DNA from: a virus | Direction: 5' to 3' (one strand) | Length of the DNA stretch: 64,000 nt | Virus record (IMG/VR): IMGVR_UViG_3300030419_004788 | Span: 32,001 to 96,000 of that record | Part shown: positions 26,458 to 37,263 of the stretch, piece by piece | Layout of the letters: the number at the start of each line of letters is the position of its first letter | How positions within the stretch are numbered: position 1 is the first letter of the stretch | Notes under the pieces: generated by a model | The model's database searches: none | Told to the model about the DNA's origin: nothing | What the model saw: only the letters and a program-made list of their open reading frames with translations | Position numbers and translations under genes: made by a program

Positions 26458-29400
26458 TTAACATCGAGGCCACTCACAATTTCCTTCACAATACATTTCT
26501 TGACATATACCATTTACCAAATATCTACCAATTCCTTCTGTGGAGTTCTTTGTTGTTTGTTTTTGTATATTGCTTGATGTTTCATTTGTTTGAACTTCTT
26601 CTTGTGTATTATGGTAGTATGGAATATAATCTGGCATAGACGGGTCCATACCTTCATTATCTGGTGCAATTGCTGGTTCTGCCACATAGTTTCTTTCGTC
26701 TGGTAATAGTGGTGTAATAATATCTCCAGCACAACCCCAATGCGAATCACAGTCAGGGTCATCGCAATTTTCAGGGGTGCAATCGCCTTCCGTAGCCGCG
26801 CATTCCGTGCAACAAATCGAATCTGGGGCACCACACTGGTTACAACAAACTGGCGAACCCTCACTACAAGCAAACCCTTCTACATTGCAACAATCAACAC
26901 TTGGACCCCCTGGGACATCGGGTACTATAGTTGTATTACCATCTTCTGACAAACATTGGAAGAACCAAGGATGAACAATGCAATCAGGATTCGTACAACA
27001 TCGTTCTGTGTTTTTATCGTAACATGTCCCACCACAACATTGCTGGTCTGTTCCGGGAACATCAGGACAACAAACACAATCATAGGGAAAGTCCATATCA
27101 TATTTACAACAACAAGACTCTGAGCCAGAGTCAGCATTAACCATGTCTGGACACATGGTGTTGTTTTGGCAACAGTGTGAACCATAGTCTGGTCCTCCAT
27201 CTCGATTGTCGTAACATATTCCGTTACAACATCCAGAGTCTGGATGCCCATACGGGTCGGGATTAACTTTTTTATTCCAACCAGTACTTTCTGTACAGAA
27301 ACATTCCTCTGTAGTACCCAACCATTTACAAGGAAGAACACATTGTCCAGTTATTTCACAACATTCCTTTCTAAGCATATGTACACCATTACAACATTCA
27401 TCATAATCAGGGTCATTCTCATAGCACGCGCCCTTTCCTTCCCAACCACAGTGATTCACTCCTTCGCATGGCGACCCACCTTCACTATTTCGATATAGAC
27501 AAGGACAATCTTGTCCTGTAAATGCACCAATTGCATCAACATCCACACCATCACATCCTTGTACTGTTGAACAACAAACCCAGTTTCCAGTCGCTGTGCA
27601 ATTAAAGTCATTTTCTGGGTCGTAACTTATATTACCACCACAATCCCACTCCATTGCCCATCCTGTACAACATTCTCCAAACCATTCTGGTTCGTGTTCG
27701 TGTCCAGGCTTGGGTTCACCGGCATCATTACACTCATTTGCAACACAGTTATAACCCATCTCAGTACCGCACACTCTCGGAATAACATAGGAATCCCCAT
27801 TGCAGTGGTATCTTTCTTCCCAACCACAACAATTTACATTACCATCCCAGCCAGGACAACACGATTCGGGGGTTTGTATCGGGTCACCCAATTTGTCTAC
27901 TGCATCTGGAATAGTGTTGCCGTTATCACAACAAAGTTTTTCTTTAGAATCAGCACCTTGAATACTCAGACAACAAGTTTCACCCGGATGAGTGATTATA
28001 TTATTTTCAATATGTGGATTTAGACAACACGATGGGTCGGGGTCATGCAAAGAATGAGCGCAACATGATTCTCCAGGTTGAGTCCACTTTGTTTTACATG
28101 TTTGATTTGCCCTGAACTGGTAAGAACCATCATCAACAGGACAAGTATTATGGTCTGTAATATAACAACCAACATCACCCTCTGTGCCTGTGGGGAAACA
28201 TGCACCCCAATCGCAAAAACCTGCTGGACCAGGCAAATCATTCCATTGTCCACCAATACCGATACATCCATTTACAGTATTACATCTACTGCACCAACAC
28301 TTTCCTGTGTTAGAATCCCACATACCACCCCAAGTATTACATCCACTTTCTTGATAACAATTTTGACATCCACATTCTATAATGTTCGCACTGCCAGTAC
28401 ATGGGTCGGGGTTATCATCATAGAATATACCACCCTCTTTACAACATGTAGCGGGTTCATAACCAATACCATCAAACCATTCAGAGAAACAACAATACTC
28501 TGCATCACCATGCCCATCTACTTGCCGTGTACCACCACAACATTTTCCACTTGCAGAGCCGCAACATTCTTGTCCAGGCATACAACAATTTGCAGGGTCG
28601 CCACTCCCCATAGTTGAACCACAATAAAAACCACCAGGACAATCTGTTGGCCAGTATCCGCAACATCTTTCTTCTACACAATCACCATCAATACATGTCC
28701 AACCGCATGTATCTTCACATTCAAAAGTAACTGGACCACCAACACCAAAACAATCTGTTCCAATTCCACAATCGTTTACCCCATCACCATCTAAATCTAA
28801 ACACCCGTTACAGTTTGGAAAATCCCCTTCTTGTTGTGCTGGTCTACAACATCTATAGAATACACTTCTCATCCACGGTGGATTGTTTGAATCGATATTT
28901 TCACAATCATCTAATGGACTAGGTTCAAATGGATGCCAACAAGTTCCACTACATTGACCACCAAACTGTGGCCAATATGGTAAACATGAATCACCACCTG
29001 CCCAACAACAACAACAATATTGTGATGGCTCCCAACACATAAATGCTGTCATAATGTCACATACACTATCACACCCATGAAATCCACCACCTCCTGCTTG
29101 ACATGAACCCTCTGTGGTGTGTATGCATCGTGCGAAAGGTGTATTTGGGTCTACACAACATGCACCATAACAACTACCTACATTACAATCTATACATTGT
29201 CCTGGATTTGATAAATCATTTTTCTGGTCACCACATTCTCCATTACAACAGCAAGAACCATCTGGACAATCAGAATCAGTTGCACAAAGTTCACCAGGGC
29301 ACACTTCACATACTCCATCATCATTACAACAGAATTGATACCCACCAAAAAGACAATCAGGAACTGGTCCAGTGCCCACACAACCAGCGCAACAAGAGAA

Positions 29401-31419
29401 ATCACTTGATAAATTTTCACATGTAGTATTGGAGAAAGAACCTCCCGATGCCGTACATGATTCTTGTGTACTATCATTTAAAACTGACTCACCATCCACA
29501 CAAGTACAGCAACAACCACCGCATGAAATTGTATCACAAGATGTACCACTTCCTTGAAATTCACCACCACATGCACTTTCTTCTGTCATGGAACATACAC
29601 CATCAGTGCAACATGCACCAAAACCAAAATTACAAATGCTTGATTTTCCACATTGACAACTTCCTATTGAAGCATCTGGACAAACGCCTGAGTGCCAACT
29701 ACCACCAATATATTCACACTCTGAGAATGTTAAATTTTTACAACAGTTAGTTTGTTCTTCTATAGGAGCATCACAACAATTACACTGTGAAGAATTTAAA
29801 CAACAAATTCCTGTGTCACCAAAACAACAAATATCCGTTTCACAGTCAGTTCCTGGTCCCATGAATATACCACCAACAGATAAACATTCTTGATTTGTTA
29901 CATCATAACATTGTTCAAGTTGTTCAAGACAACATGCTCCAACTACAACACTATGGTCGCAACAATCAACACTTCCACAAACACCACCTTCTACTGGAAC
30001 ACCACCTAAAACATATTTGCAAATATTTGATGACACTGAACCAAGTTCACTAGAACCTATACTATCTGCAACACAGACACCATCTTTACAACAAGCAATT
30101 TCATCACAAGGGCTTGCACACAAATCTTCCATGATATAACAATCAATTGGTATTGGAGTTTCTAGTTCTTTTAAGTACCATGCACCATCTTCTGTTTCTG
30201 CATCTTCATAATATAAATGAGTCCAGAAACTCCCACCAAAGTAATTACATTCTGCTAAACCCTTTCCTTCTACACAAATACCAGTTCCAATATAATTTCC
30301 CCAATTTCCACCATCACTACAGCAAATTCCTTCAGCAGTTCTTCCACAATTTTCTGAACAGTCAGAAAGCATATTCCATATTGCCATATTCTTTTCTTCA
30401 CATATATTTTTTGTTGTATATTCTATACATTGATTTTCGCCTTGGTCATCAACAAAACAACAAGAACCAATGTTTATTATACCATCACAATCTCCCTCTG
30501 ATACTCCATATCCTCTAACTGTAAATGAAGCATTCCATGTAGAACCGCCATCGGTACTTATAAAGTTTATAATATCTTCTGCACAAGAAAAGTATGCATC
30601 ATCTTCATCAAAATAGACATTTACTGGCCAGTCCCATATATTATTACTTTGCATAATAATTGTAAAACTAAATACTTCATCTGAATTAAAGTCACCAGTA
30701 AATCCTGCAATCCCTATTGGTGTACTAACTTTATATACAGAAGCGTGTCTGACTTCTAATTGTATTCCTGTTCCATCGCCAGCAGTTGGACCAGAATTAT
30801 CCCAGATTCCACCAGTAATTCCAACAATTTCAACAGATTCTATTTCTGGTAAAAATATAATATTTTCTTCTGGGTCTAGTGTCACATTATTATCTAAAGA
30901 CATTATACCACCAGACTCGAAAGTCAACCCCGATGCACTAGCAGTTCCCCCATCAGAAAGATATAAGAATCTGTCTGTAGCAAGTGTTCCCGCAGATGAT
31001 ACTTGTTTACTATTATCACCACTGATTGCAATTGTTTTACTATCTTGTGAAAGATAAACAGAAACAGAACCATCTGAAGTGATTCCTCTGAACCACAATG
31101 TGGCACCAGTAACACCGTTACCCACTGTACTGAATACAGTTATACCATCACCGAGATTAACCCCATTAACAGTCCCTGTTGCTCCTGTAATCCCTGCAAC
31201 ACCCTTTATTTGGACTATAGAACCATCTGATAGGTTTAAATTTAAATATGGAAATTCTTTGCTAGTAGAAACAACATGGATACCAGTTGCACCAGTATTT
31301 CCTGTAGCACCAGTTGCACCAGTATTTCCTGTAGGTCCAGCAACAGTAGCACCACTTGGACCTGATGGACCAATTGCGTTAAAGTCTGGTGTTATTGAAC
31401 TACTTCCGATTACTGGCAT
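26458..31419 (-). CDS. Giant Cys-rich putative tail fibre (1653 aa): collagen-like GXT N-terminus, fibre domain, GACC repeats, then dicysteine repeats; paralogue of 31450-37218
   Basis: MPVIGSS...GPSGPSGAT..GPTGNTGATGATGNTGATG and TLWFRGITSDG. FSFTII..WDWPVNVYF...DIINFISTDGGSTW is a tail-fibre-type domain. GxCC units follow, then CC-x-G-x-C units. Confidence 0.7.
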   Translation of the reverse strand: MPVIGSSSITPDFNAIGPSGPSGATVAGPTGNTGATGATGNTGATGIHVVSTSKEFPYLNLNLSDGSIVQIKGVAGITGATGTVNGVNLGDGITVFSTVGNGVTGATLWFRGITSDGSVSVYLSQDSKTIAISGDNSKQVSSAGTLATDRFLYLSDGGTASASGLTFESGGIMSLDNNVTLDPEENIIFLPEIESVEIVGITGGIWDNSGPTAGDGTGIQLEVRHASVYKVSTPIGIAGFTGDFNSDEVFSFTIIMQSNNIWDWPVNVYFDEDDAYFSCAEDIINFISTDGGSTWNASFTVRGYGVSEGDCDGIINIGSCCFVDDQGENQCIEYTTKNICEEKNMAIWNMLSDCSENCGRTAEGICCSDGGNWGNYIGTGICVEGKGLAECNYFGGSFWTHLYYEDAETEDGAWYLKELETPIPIDCYIMEDLCASPCDEIACCKDGVCVADSIGSSELGSVSSNICKYVLGGVPVEGGVCGSVDCCDHSVVVGACCLEQLEQCYDVTNQECLSVGGIFMGPGTDCETDICCFGDTGICCLNSSQCNCCDAPIEEQTNCCKNLTFSECEYIGGSWHSGVCPDASIGSCQCGKSSICNFGFGACCTDGVCSMTEESACGGEFQGSGTSCDTISCGGCCCTCVDGESVLNDSTQESCTASGGSFSNTTCENLSSDFSCCAGCVGTGPVPDCLFGGYQFCCNDDGVCEVCPGELCATDSDCPDGSCCCNGECGDQKNDLSNPGQCIDCNVGSCYGACCVDPNTPFARCIHTTEGSCQAGGGGFHGCDSVCDIMTAFMCWEPSQYCCCCWAGGDSCLPYWPQFGGQCSGTCWHPFEPSPLDDCENIDSNNPPWMRSVFYRCCRPAQQEGDFPNCNGCLDLDGDGVNDCGIGTDCFGVGGPVTFECEDTCGWTCIDGDCVEERCCGYWPTDCPGGFYCGSTMGSGDPANCCMPGQECCGSASGKCCGGTRQVDGHGDAEYCCFSEWFDGIGYEPATCCKEGGIFYDDNPDPCTGSANIIECGCQNCYQESGCNTWGGMWDSNTGKCWCSRCNTVNGCIGIGGQWNDLPGPAGFCDWGACFPTGTEGDVGCYITDHNTCPVDDGSYQFRANQTCKTKWTQPGESCCAHSLHDPDPSCCLNPHIENNIITHPGETCCLSIQGADSKEKLCCDNGNTIPDAVDKLGDPIQTPESCCPGWDGNVNCCGWEERYHCNGDSYVIPRVCGTEMGYNCVANECNDAGEPKPGHEHEPEWFGECCTGWAMEWDCGGNISYDPENDFNCTATGNWVCCSTVQGCDGVDVDAIGAFTGQDCPCLYRNSEGGSPCEGVNHCGWEGKGACYENDPDYDECCNGVHMLRKECCEITGQCVLPCKWLGTTEECFCTESTGWNKKVNPDPYGHPDSGCCNGICYDNRDGGPDYGSHCCQNNTMCPDMVNADSGSESCCCKYDMDFPYDCVCCPDVPGTDQQCCGGTCYDKNTERCCTNPDCIVHPWFFQCLSEDGNTTIVPDVPGGPSVDCCNVEGFACSEGSPVCCNQCGAPDSICCTECAATEGDCTPENCDDPDCDSHWGCAGDIITPLLPDERNYVAEPAIAPDNEGMDPSMPDYIPYYHNTQEEVQTNETSSNIQKQTTKNSTEGIGRYLVNGICQEMYCEGNCEWPRC
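29630..31419 (-). repeat. Paralogous 5' block (~1.8 kb) shared with 35440-37218
   Basis: The first ~600 aa of the two giant ORFs align almost colinearly. Long identical nucleotide runs occur, e.g. aaatttaaatatggaaattctttgctagtagaaacaacatg near 31240 and 37040. Confidence 0.9.
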
Positions 31420-31449
31420 TTTTTATTCCTATAGAATCTCCATTTTTAT

Positions 31450-34400
31450 TTATGTTTCGTTTGTACATGCAGGATATGGACAACCTTCCTCATCACATCC
31501 AATCCATTCACACCTTCCATCTGGAAGTTGAAGATATTGAATATTTCCACTTTCATACCATATAAAGGTACTGCAACTGAGGGGGTCACATGTAATACAG
31601 TTATCCCAAAAACTACAATCCAAAGTTTCACAACCGCCTTCAGTTCCATCCGCAGGACACGCCCATGAGTTTGCAGTTGCTCTACAGCACGGTGACAACG
31701 ACTCACAATACAAATGCGCCGAGTCTGGACTATCTGAATGATGAATAGGCACATCTGCACAACATGCATTACCCTCACAATATTGGTCATATAAAGAACA
31801 ACAACAACAACTATATGAAGGGAAACAGTCTTTCATATTGTCTTCACAAGTTGTGCCTAAACCTTTCCATACACAATCAGAACCACTAATTTCACAACTG
31901 AACGCATCAGGTTTCAGTTCGCATTCGCAACTTGCATCATCATCCGAAGAACATCCACAACAACAAGCACCTTCTTGACTGCCCTGCTGACACACAACAC
32001 TCCCGCAATCTACGAAGCCCTCCCACGAACCTTCATTTGTTTCACATTCATCTTCATTCAACTCATAACAAGTTTCATTTATACAACAAGCACCAATTGT
32101 TGCACAAGGATTGTTGGTACAGTCTGAACCAGTACCTTCAAAGTCATTTGTACTACAATTATCAACAATTTCTACCGTACAATTTTCACCATCGCAACAA
32201 GCACCGCAACATTCATCATATTCAGCATCTCCTGGTGAGTAATCACCACAAGTTATAGTAGTACAATCAATACCACATAAATCATTTGTACAGACAGAAC
32301 CCAGACCTTGAAATTCTCCACCTGCAGCGTCACACTGCCATTCTGGAACTCCCTCTAAACCGACTCCATCCGCACCTATACAAACCTTCCCAAATGTCGG
32401 TGATGTCAGACAACACGCACCGCAACATTCATCAAATTCATCATCTCCTGGCGACCAATCACCACAATCTATGGTGCTACAATCGAGAGTACACTCTGAT
32501 TGATAATCATTACATGTACTTCCACACCCTTTCCAAACATAACCACTGGTAGTACAGTTTGATGGGATTTCTTCAGAACAATTAGCACCACAACAATCAT
32601 CATCCCAACAACATGCACCAGTAGATACTAAACAGTTCGTTCTTGTTGCACATGACTTTTCTTCAAATTGACCTCCAAAATCATAACATTCAGAACTCAA
32701 CAAATTATCTTCACAAACAACACAACCATTGTCAATTTGTATGTAACAACAAGAACCATAACAACTATCGATACAATCATTACAATCATGAATTATACTA
32801 TCACAATCGTATGCATTTCCTTGAATAATCTCATCACAACTATATGGACAATTATTATTACAACAATACTTTTGTGGACAGGTAATACCAGCACAAGTAT
32901 TTGCATCATTCCAATCACCGCCTGCGTCAGTGCAAACAGTGTCTACAATCCCCACCTCACAAGCACCCCAAGGCCAACAACATCGACCAATTGTTATGTT
33001 ATTGCAGTCAGTTCCTGGTTCATTATTACCATTACAGTCTGCTACACAACAAGTATTACAACCAAGCCAAGTTCCACCTGCACCTTTACACGCATCCTCA
33101 CTACCTCGTTGCTCACATGTTTCATCTGGCATACAACATGCACCATCATAAGATTCCGCAAGGCAGACCGGTCCATTTGGAGGGCATAAATGCGTGCCAC
33201 TAAATGTACCACCATTAGGACAACATTGTGACAATGTATCTTTGCAATCCGTTGGGTTTTCACAATCACCCCAACAACATGCACCACAATCGTTACAAGG
33301 ACAATCATTTGCACATACTTCATTAGGACGCCATATTATGTTTGAGTCTGTTCCCCATCCCACACAGTCAACCTCTAATACATGGTCGAAGCAAGTTATA
33401 GGGCAATCTCCAGCACATGGGCGTTCGCATATTGTACCGAAACGATGGTCACAACACATTCCATAAACTGGTTCATCACATATAGTACCATCACCACATG
33501 AAGTATTTTTTCCTTTGAATTCATCACCTCTACCGTCACAAATTTCAAAAGTTGTTATATAACACCCACTACCACCAGAAGAACAACATGCACCTGTTAT
33601 ATCTGAATTACACCAAGTACTTGTTTCAATCCCAGAACAATCTAAATTTGCATCCCATAACCCAAATAATTCTTCACATGCACATTCACGCATACTCTCA
33701 CATACCACAGAACCTGTTCCATCGATATAACAACAGTGGCCATTCACTCCAACATCTAGACAACAAATAGTATTAGAGCATAATGTTCCTAATCCATGCC
33801 AATGATAAGTCCATTGGTTACATTGTTCTTCGGTTTCGATTGTACATGTACCTGTACTATAATCACAGCAAGCACCAGTTAATTGTTCAAGTTCATCCCC
33901 ACAACATTTCCTTCCACCCACATCTTTAATCTGCTCGCATGTCAGGTAAGGATTCCATCGGTTACATGCTTCCCCACCTCCTGCAACATTTAAACAATAG
34001 TCTTCGTCCCAAATAACTCCATCAAAACAAGCATATTCACAGGAATTACATTCTGGATAGTCATTCGAGGATTGTTTAAAACAACATGCACCGTATCCAT
34101 TCCCGCTTGGTGGACATACGAAATCAACACATGTCGTTTGGTTGCCATGAAAAACTCCACCGAGAGTAGTGCAATCATCCTGTGTGTCCACCATTTGACA
34201 TTCATCTAGTACACAACATGCACCTATTACTGCATCACCACATGAAGTTGTATTACAAGATGTATTTGCTCCTTGCCAGTCGTTTATTGGCATCCCCCAA
34301 CAATCACACTCGGTCATTTCAATACATGTCTTTGCATCTACATCTCCATAGCAACACGCACCTTCATCGACATCATTACAGTTTTGCCAACAATCCACAT

Positions 34401-37218
34401 CACCATCATTGCAATCAGAAGCATCACCGTAATATATTCCATTCAGTTTATCACAATCCGATTCTTCTCGAACAGTGCATTGTTGGTGGATGCAACATGC
34501 ACCTGTTGGAATTAATTCACAATCAATGCATGTGTCTGTATCGTCCCCTTGATATACACCACCAATAGCATCACATTGAGATTCTTCGTTTATAATACAA
34601 GTATATTTCCAACAACACGCACCTGTTGGTGTTACGGGACAATCAACTCCCTTACATGTAATACCGTCACCTTGATATACCCCATCGGCATCATTACATT
34701 CTTGTTCAGTATATACATCGACAGCATAACATGTACCATCAATACAACATGCACCTGTCGGGTCTGGAATAATACAAACATCATCTGAATCACAGTTTGT
34801 ATTATCACCCTGATAAGTACCTTCTCCGCTTTCACAATTTCTCTGATTTGTTATAGAACATTTACCATTAATACAACATGCACCTGTCGGGTCTGGAGTA
34901 CCACAAGTGTCAGACTTACATTCTAATTCTCCCTGCCACTGACCATCATCATTAATACAGTCGGCTTCTGTTTCCGTTGTACAGGTATATCCTCTACAAC
35001 AAGCACCAAATGGGTCTGATTCACACTCTAAACCATCAATACATTTTTTAGAATTCCATTTCCCACCAATTTCACCACATTGACAAATATTTAAATCATC
35101 ACATTGGAATGACTTTAACCCTGTGTCAAACCAACAGCATCCACCAACCGTATCATCCTCACAACACTTTATACCATCACAACTATCAGAACCGTTCCAA
35201 GTATATCCAAGACTTAGACATATTGTTTCATCTTCTATATAACAATCACCATATCCTCTGCAACATGCACCAATATCATCAGTTACCCATCCACATAATT
35301 CATCATCACAAGTACTATTATCTCCCATGTATTCACCACCAAGTAATGTTTGGCAATTATTTTTAGTTTGATTGTTATAACATTGGTTTGTATAATCCCC
35401 ATTAATACAACACGCACCTGTTGGTTCGTCTGGTTCTATACAAGATGAAGAAGTCCCACACTGACAACTACTATTTTCTATACAAGTTCCTTTTTTCCAA
35501 CTACCTCCAATTCTTTGGCATATCGAATTATTTAAATTTTTACAACAGTTAGAATTTTCTTCTCTTGAGCCACAACAATCACACGCATTAGAATTTAAAC
35601 AACATATTCCTACCTCATCAGAGAAACAGCAAATATCATCTAAACATTCAGTATTTGGACCCATGAATATACCACCACTTGTCGTACATTCTAATGCAGA
35701 TGTTACAACACATCCTTCCATTTCTGGATAACAACATGCACCTTCCATCTTACTATAATTGCAACAATCTACTTCACCACACACTGCGTTTTCTATTACT
35801 TGTCCACCAAAAACTCTTTTACATATTAGTGGTGAAACAGAACCATGTGTTGTACTTCCTATAGAATCACCAATACACATACCATCTTTACAACAAGCAC
35901 TTTCTATACAGGGTTCTGCACATAATTTATCATAACCCGCTGGTAATTCCATAGTGCATTTAATTTCTTGTGGTTCTTCTAATAAATCCCCTTCAATATC
36001 ATAATAGAAATAATCCCAGAAACTCCCACCAAAGTAATTACATTCTGCAATTCCTGCACCTTGAATACAGAGTCCAGTTCCATCAAACAATCCCCAATCA
36101 CCACCTTCACTGCAACAAACACCTTCAGCAGTTCTTCCACAATTATCCGCACAGGAAGTCTGCGCTCCCCAAATTCCATGATTGAAGTCTTCCTTGCATG
36201 AATTTTGAGTAATATATTCTATACATTGTCGCATTCCATTACCATCAATAAAACAACAAGAACCAAATGTTTGTATCCCATCACATTCTCCATACTCTGC
36301 ACCATATCCTCTGGCAGCAAATGAAGCATTCCATGTAGTACCACCATCTGTTGTTATAAAATTGACTATATCTTCTGCACAAGAAAGGTATGCATCATCT
36401 TCATCAAAATAGACATTTGATGGGAAAGTCCATATGTGATTTCCATTAATAATAGCAGAGAAACTAAAGACTTCACTAGAATTAAACTCCCCAGTAAATC
36501 CACCAATTCCTATAGGTGTATTAATTTTATATACTGAGGCATATCTAACTTCTAATTGTATTCCTTTACCATCCCCAGCAGTTTCTCCGCCTACAACAAC
36601 TTCCCCGCCAGTAATTCCTACAATCTCACCAAAACTTTCAACAGAACCAATAGAGATAATATTTTCTTCTGGGTCTAGTGTCACAGTATTATCTAAAGAC
36701 ATTATACCACCAGATTCAAATGTTAATCCTGAAGCACTCGCAGTTCCTCCATCAGAAAGATATAAGAATCTATCATCAGTAAGTGTTCCCGCAGATGATA
36801 CTTGTTTACCAGTATCACCACTAATAGCAATAGTATTACTATCTTCAGATAAGTAGATAGAAACAGAACCATCAGAAGTGATTCCTCTAAACCATAATGT
36901 AGCACCAGTAACACCGTTGCCTACTGTACTAAATATTGTGATACCATCACCGAGATTAACACCACGAACTGAACCAGTAGAACCAGTTATTCCCGCAACT
37001 CCGTCTATTTGGACTATAGAACCATCTGATAGATGTAAATTTAAATATGGAAATTCTTTGCTAGTAGAAACAACATGAATGCCTGTAGAACCAGTATTTC
37101 CTGTAGCACCAGTTGCACCAGTATTTCCTGTAGGTCCAGAAACAGTAGCACCACTTGGACCAGAAGGTCCTATTGCGTTAAAATCTGGTGTTACTGAACT
37201 GCTTCCGATTACTGGCAT
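31450..37218 (-). CDS. Giant Cys-rich putative tail fibre (1922 aa) with ~30 tandem G-x-C-C repeats
   Basis: Same N-terminal architecture as 26458-31419. About 20 literal GACC motifs (about 30 GxCC units) at ~40-45 aa spacing, consensus GACC-x3-4-C-x7-9-C-x3-GG-x-(W/Y/F)-x-G-x4-C-x4-C. Confidence 0.75.
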   Translation of the reverse strand: MPVIGSSSVTPDFNAIGPSGPSGATVSGPTGNTGATGATGNTGSTGIHVVSTSKEFPYLNLHLSDGSIVQIDGVAGITGSTGSVRGVNLGDGITIFSTVGNGVTGATLWFRGITSDGSVSIYLSEDSNTIAISGDTGKQVSSAGTLTDDRFLYLSDGGTASASGLTFESGGIMSLDNTVTLDPEENIISIGSVESFGEIVGITGGEVVVGGETAGDGKGIQLEVRYASVYKINTPIGIGGFTGEFNSSEVFSFSAIINGNHIWTFPSNVYFDEDDAYLSCAEDIVNFITTDGGTTWNASFAARGYGAEYGECDGIQTFGSCCFIDGNGMRQCIEYITQNSCKEDFNHGIWGAQTSCADNCGRTAEGVCCSEGGDWGLFDGTGLCIQGAGIAECNYFGGSFWDYFYYDIEGDLLEEPQEIKCTMELPAGYDKLCAEPCIESACCKDGMCIGDSIGSTTHGSVSPLICKRVFGGQVIENAVCGEVDCCNYSKMEGACCYPEMEGCVVTSALECTTSGGIFMGPNTECLDDICCFSDEVGICCLNSNACDCCGSREENSNCCKNLNNSICQRIGGSWKKGTCIENSSCQCGTSSSCIEPDEPTGACCINGDYTNQCYNNQTKNNCQTLLGGEYMGDNSTCDDELCGWVTDDIGACCRGYGDCYIEDETICLSLGYTWNGSDSCDGIKCCEDDTVGGCCWFDTGLKSFQCDDLNICQCGEIGGKWNSKKCIDGLECESDPFGACCRGYTCTTETEADCINDDGQWQGELECKSDTCGTPDPTGACCINGKCSITNQRNCESGEGTYQGDNTNCDSDDVCIIPDPTGACCIDGTCYAVDVYTEQECNDADGVYQGDGITCKGVDCPVTPTGACCWKYTCIINEESQCDAIGGVYQGDDTDTCIDCELIPTGACCIHQQCTVREESDCDKLNGIYYGDASDCNDGDVDCWQNCNDVDEGACCYGDVDAKTCIEMTECDCWGMPINDWQGANTSCNTTSCGDAVIGACCVLDECQMVDTQDDCTTLGGVFHGNQTTCVDFVCPPSGNGYGACCFKQSSNDYPECNSCEYACFDGVIWDEDYCLNVAGGGEACNRWNPYLTCEQIKDVGGRKCCGDELEQLTGACCDYSTGTCTIETEEQCNQWTYHWHGLGTLCSNTICCLDVGVNGHCCYIDGTGSVVCESMRECACEELFGLWDANLDCSGIETSTWCNSDITGACCSSGGSGCYITTFEICDGRGDEFKGKNTSCGDGTICDEPVYGMCCDHRFGTICERPCAGDCPITCFDHVLEVDCVGWGTDSNIIWRPNEVCANDCPCNDCGACCWGDCENPTDCKDTLSQCCPNGGTFSGTHLCPPNGPVCLAESYDGACCMPDETCEQRGSEDACKGAGGTWLGCNTCCVADCNGNNEPGTDCNNITIGRCCWPWGACEVGIVDTVCTDAGGDWNDANTCAGITCPQKYCCNNNCPYSCDEIIQGNAYDCDSIIHDCNDCIDSCYGSCCYIQIDNGCVVCEDNLLSSECYDFGGQFEEKSCATRTNCLVSTGACCWDDDCCGANCSEEIPSNCTTSGYVWKGCGSTCNDYQSECTLDCSTIDCGDWSPGDDEFDECCGACCLTSPTFGKVCIGADGVGLEGVPEWQCDAAGGEFQGLGSVCTNDLCGIDCTTITCGDYSPGDAEYDECCGACCDGENCTVEIVDNCSTNDFEGTGSDCTNNPCATIGACCINETCYELNEDECETNEGSWEGFVDCGSVVCQQGSQEGACCCGCSSDDDASCECELKPDAFSCEISGSDCVWKGLGTTCEDNMKDCFPSYSCCCCSLYDQYCEGNACCADVPIHHSDSPDSAHLYCESLSPCCRATANSWACPADGTEGGCETLDCSFWDNCITCDPLSCSTFIWYESGNIQYLQLPDGRCEWIGCDEEGCPYPACTNET
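34741..34897. repeat. 28-nt perfect direct repeat at 129-nt (43-codon) spacing inside the GACC array
   Basis: aatacaacatgcacctgtcgggtctgga at 34741-34768 and 34870-34897 (encodes PDPTGACCI twice). Confidence 0.95.
35440..37218 (-). repeat. Paralogous 5' block (~1.8 kb) shared with 29630-31419
   Basis: Colinear protein similarity from MPVIGSS to ...CQCG(K/T)SS. Confidence 0.9.
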
Positions 37219-37251
37219 TGTGTTTCATTCCTTGTAGAAGTTTCCATAATA

Positions 37252-37259
37252 TATTTATA
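37252..37259 (-). promoter_or_regulatory. T4-type late promoter TATAAATA
   Basis: Exact motif 33 nt upstream of the ATG at 37218. Confidence 0.8.
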
Positions 37260-37263
37260 TCAA

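Noticed and set aside
31446-31790. 114 aa minus-strand ORF in an alternative frame at the end of the 1922 aa gene, a possible frameshift product
   Set aside because: No slippery heptamer or hairpin was seen. The main-frame C-terminus is homologous to that of the paralogue, so the main frame is the functional one.
33000-35500. CRISPR-like array suggested by the recurring caacatgcacc motif
   Set aside because: The motif encodes the in-frame GACC peptide of a continuous ORF. It is too short, not palindromic and has no cas genes nearby.
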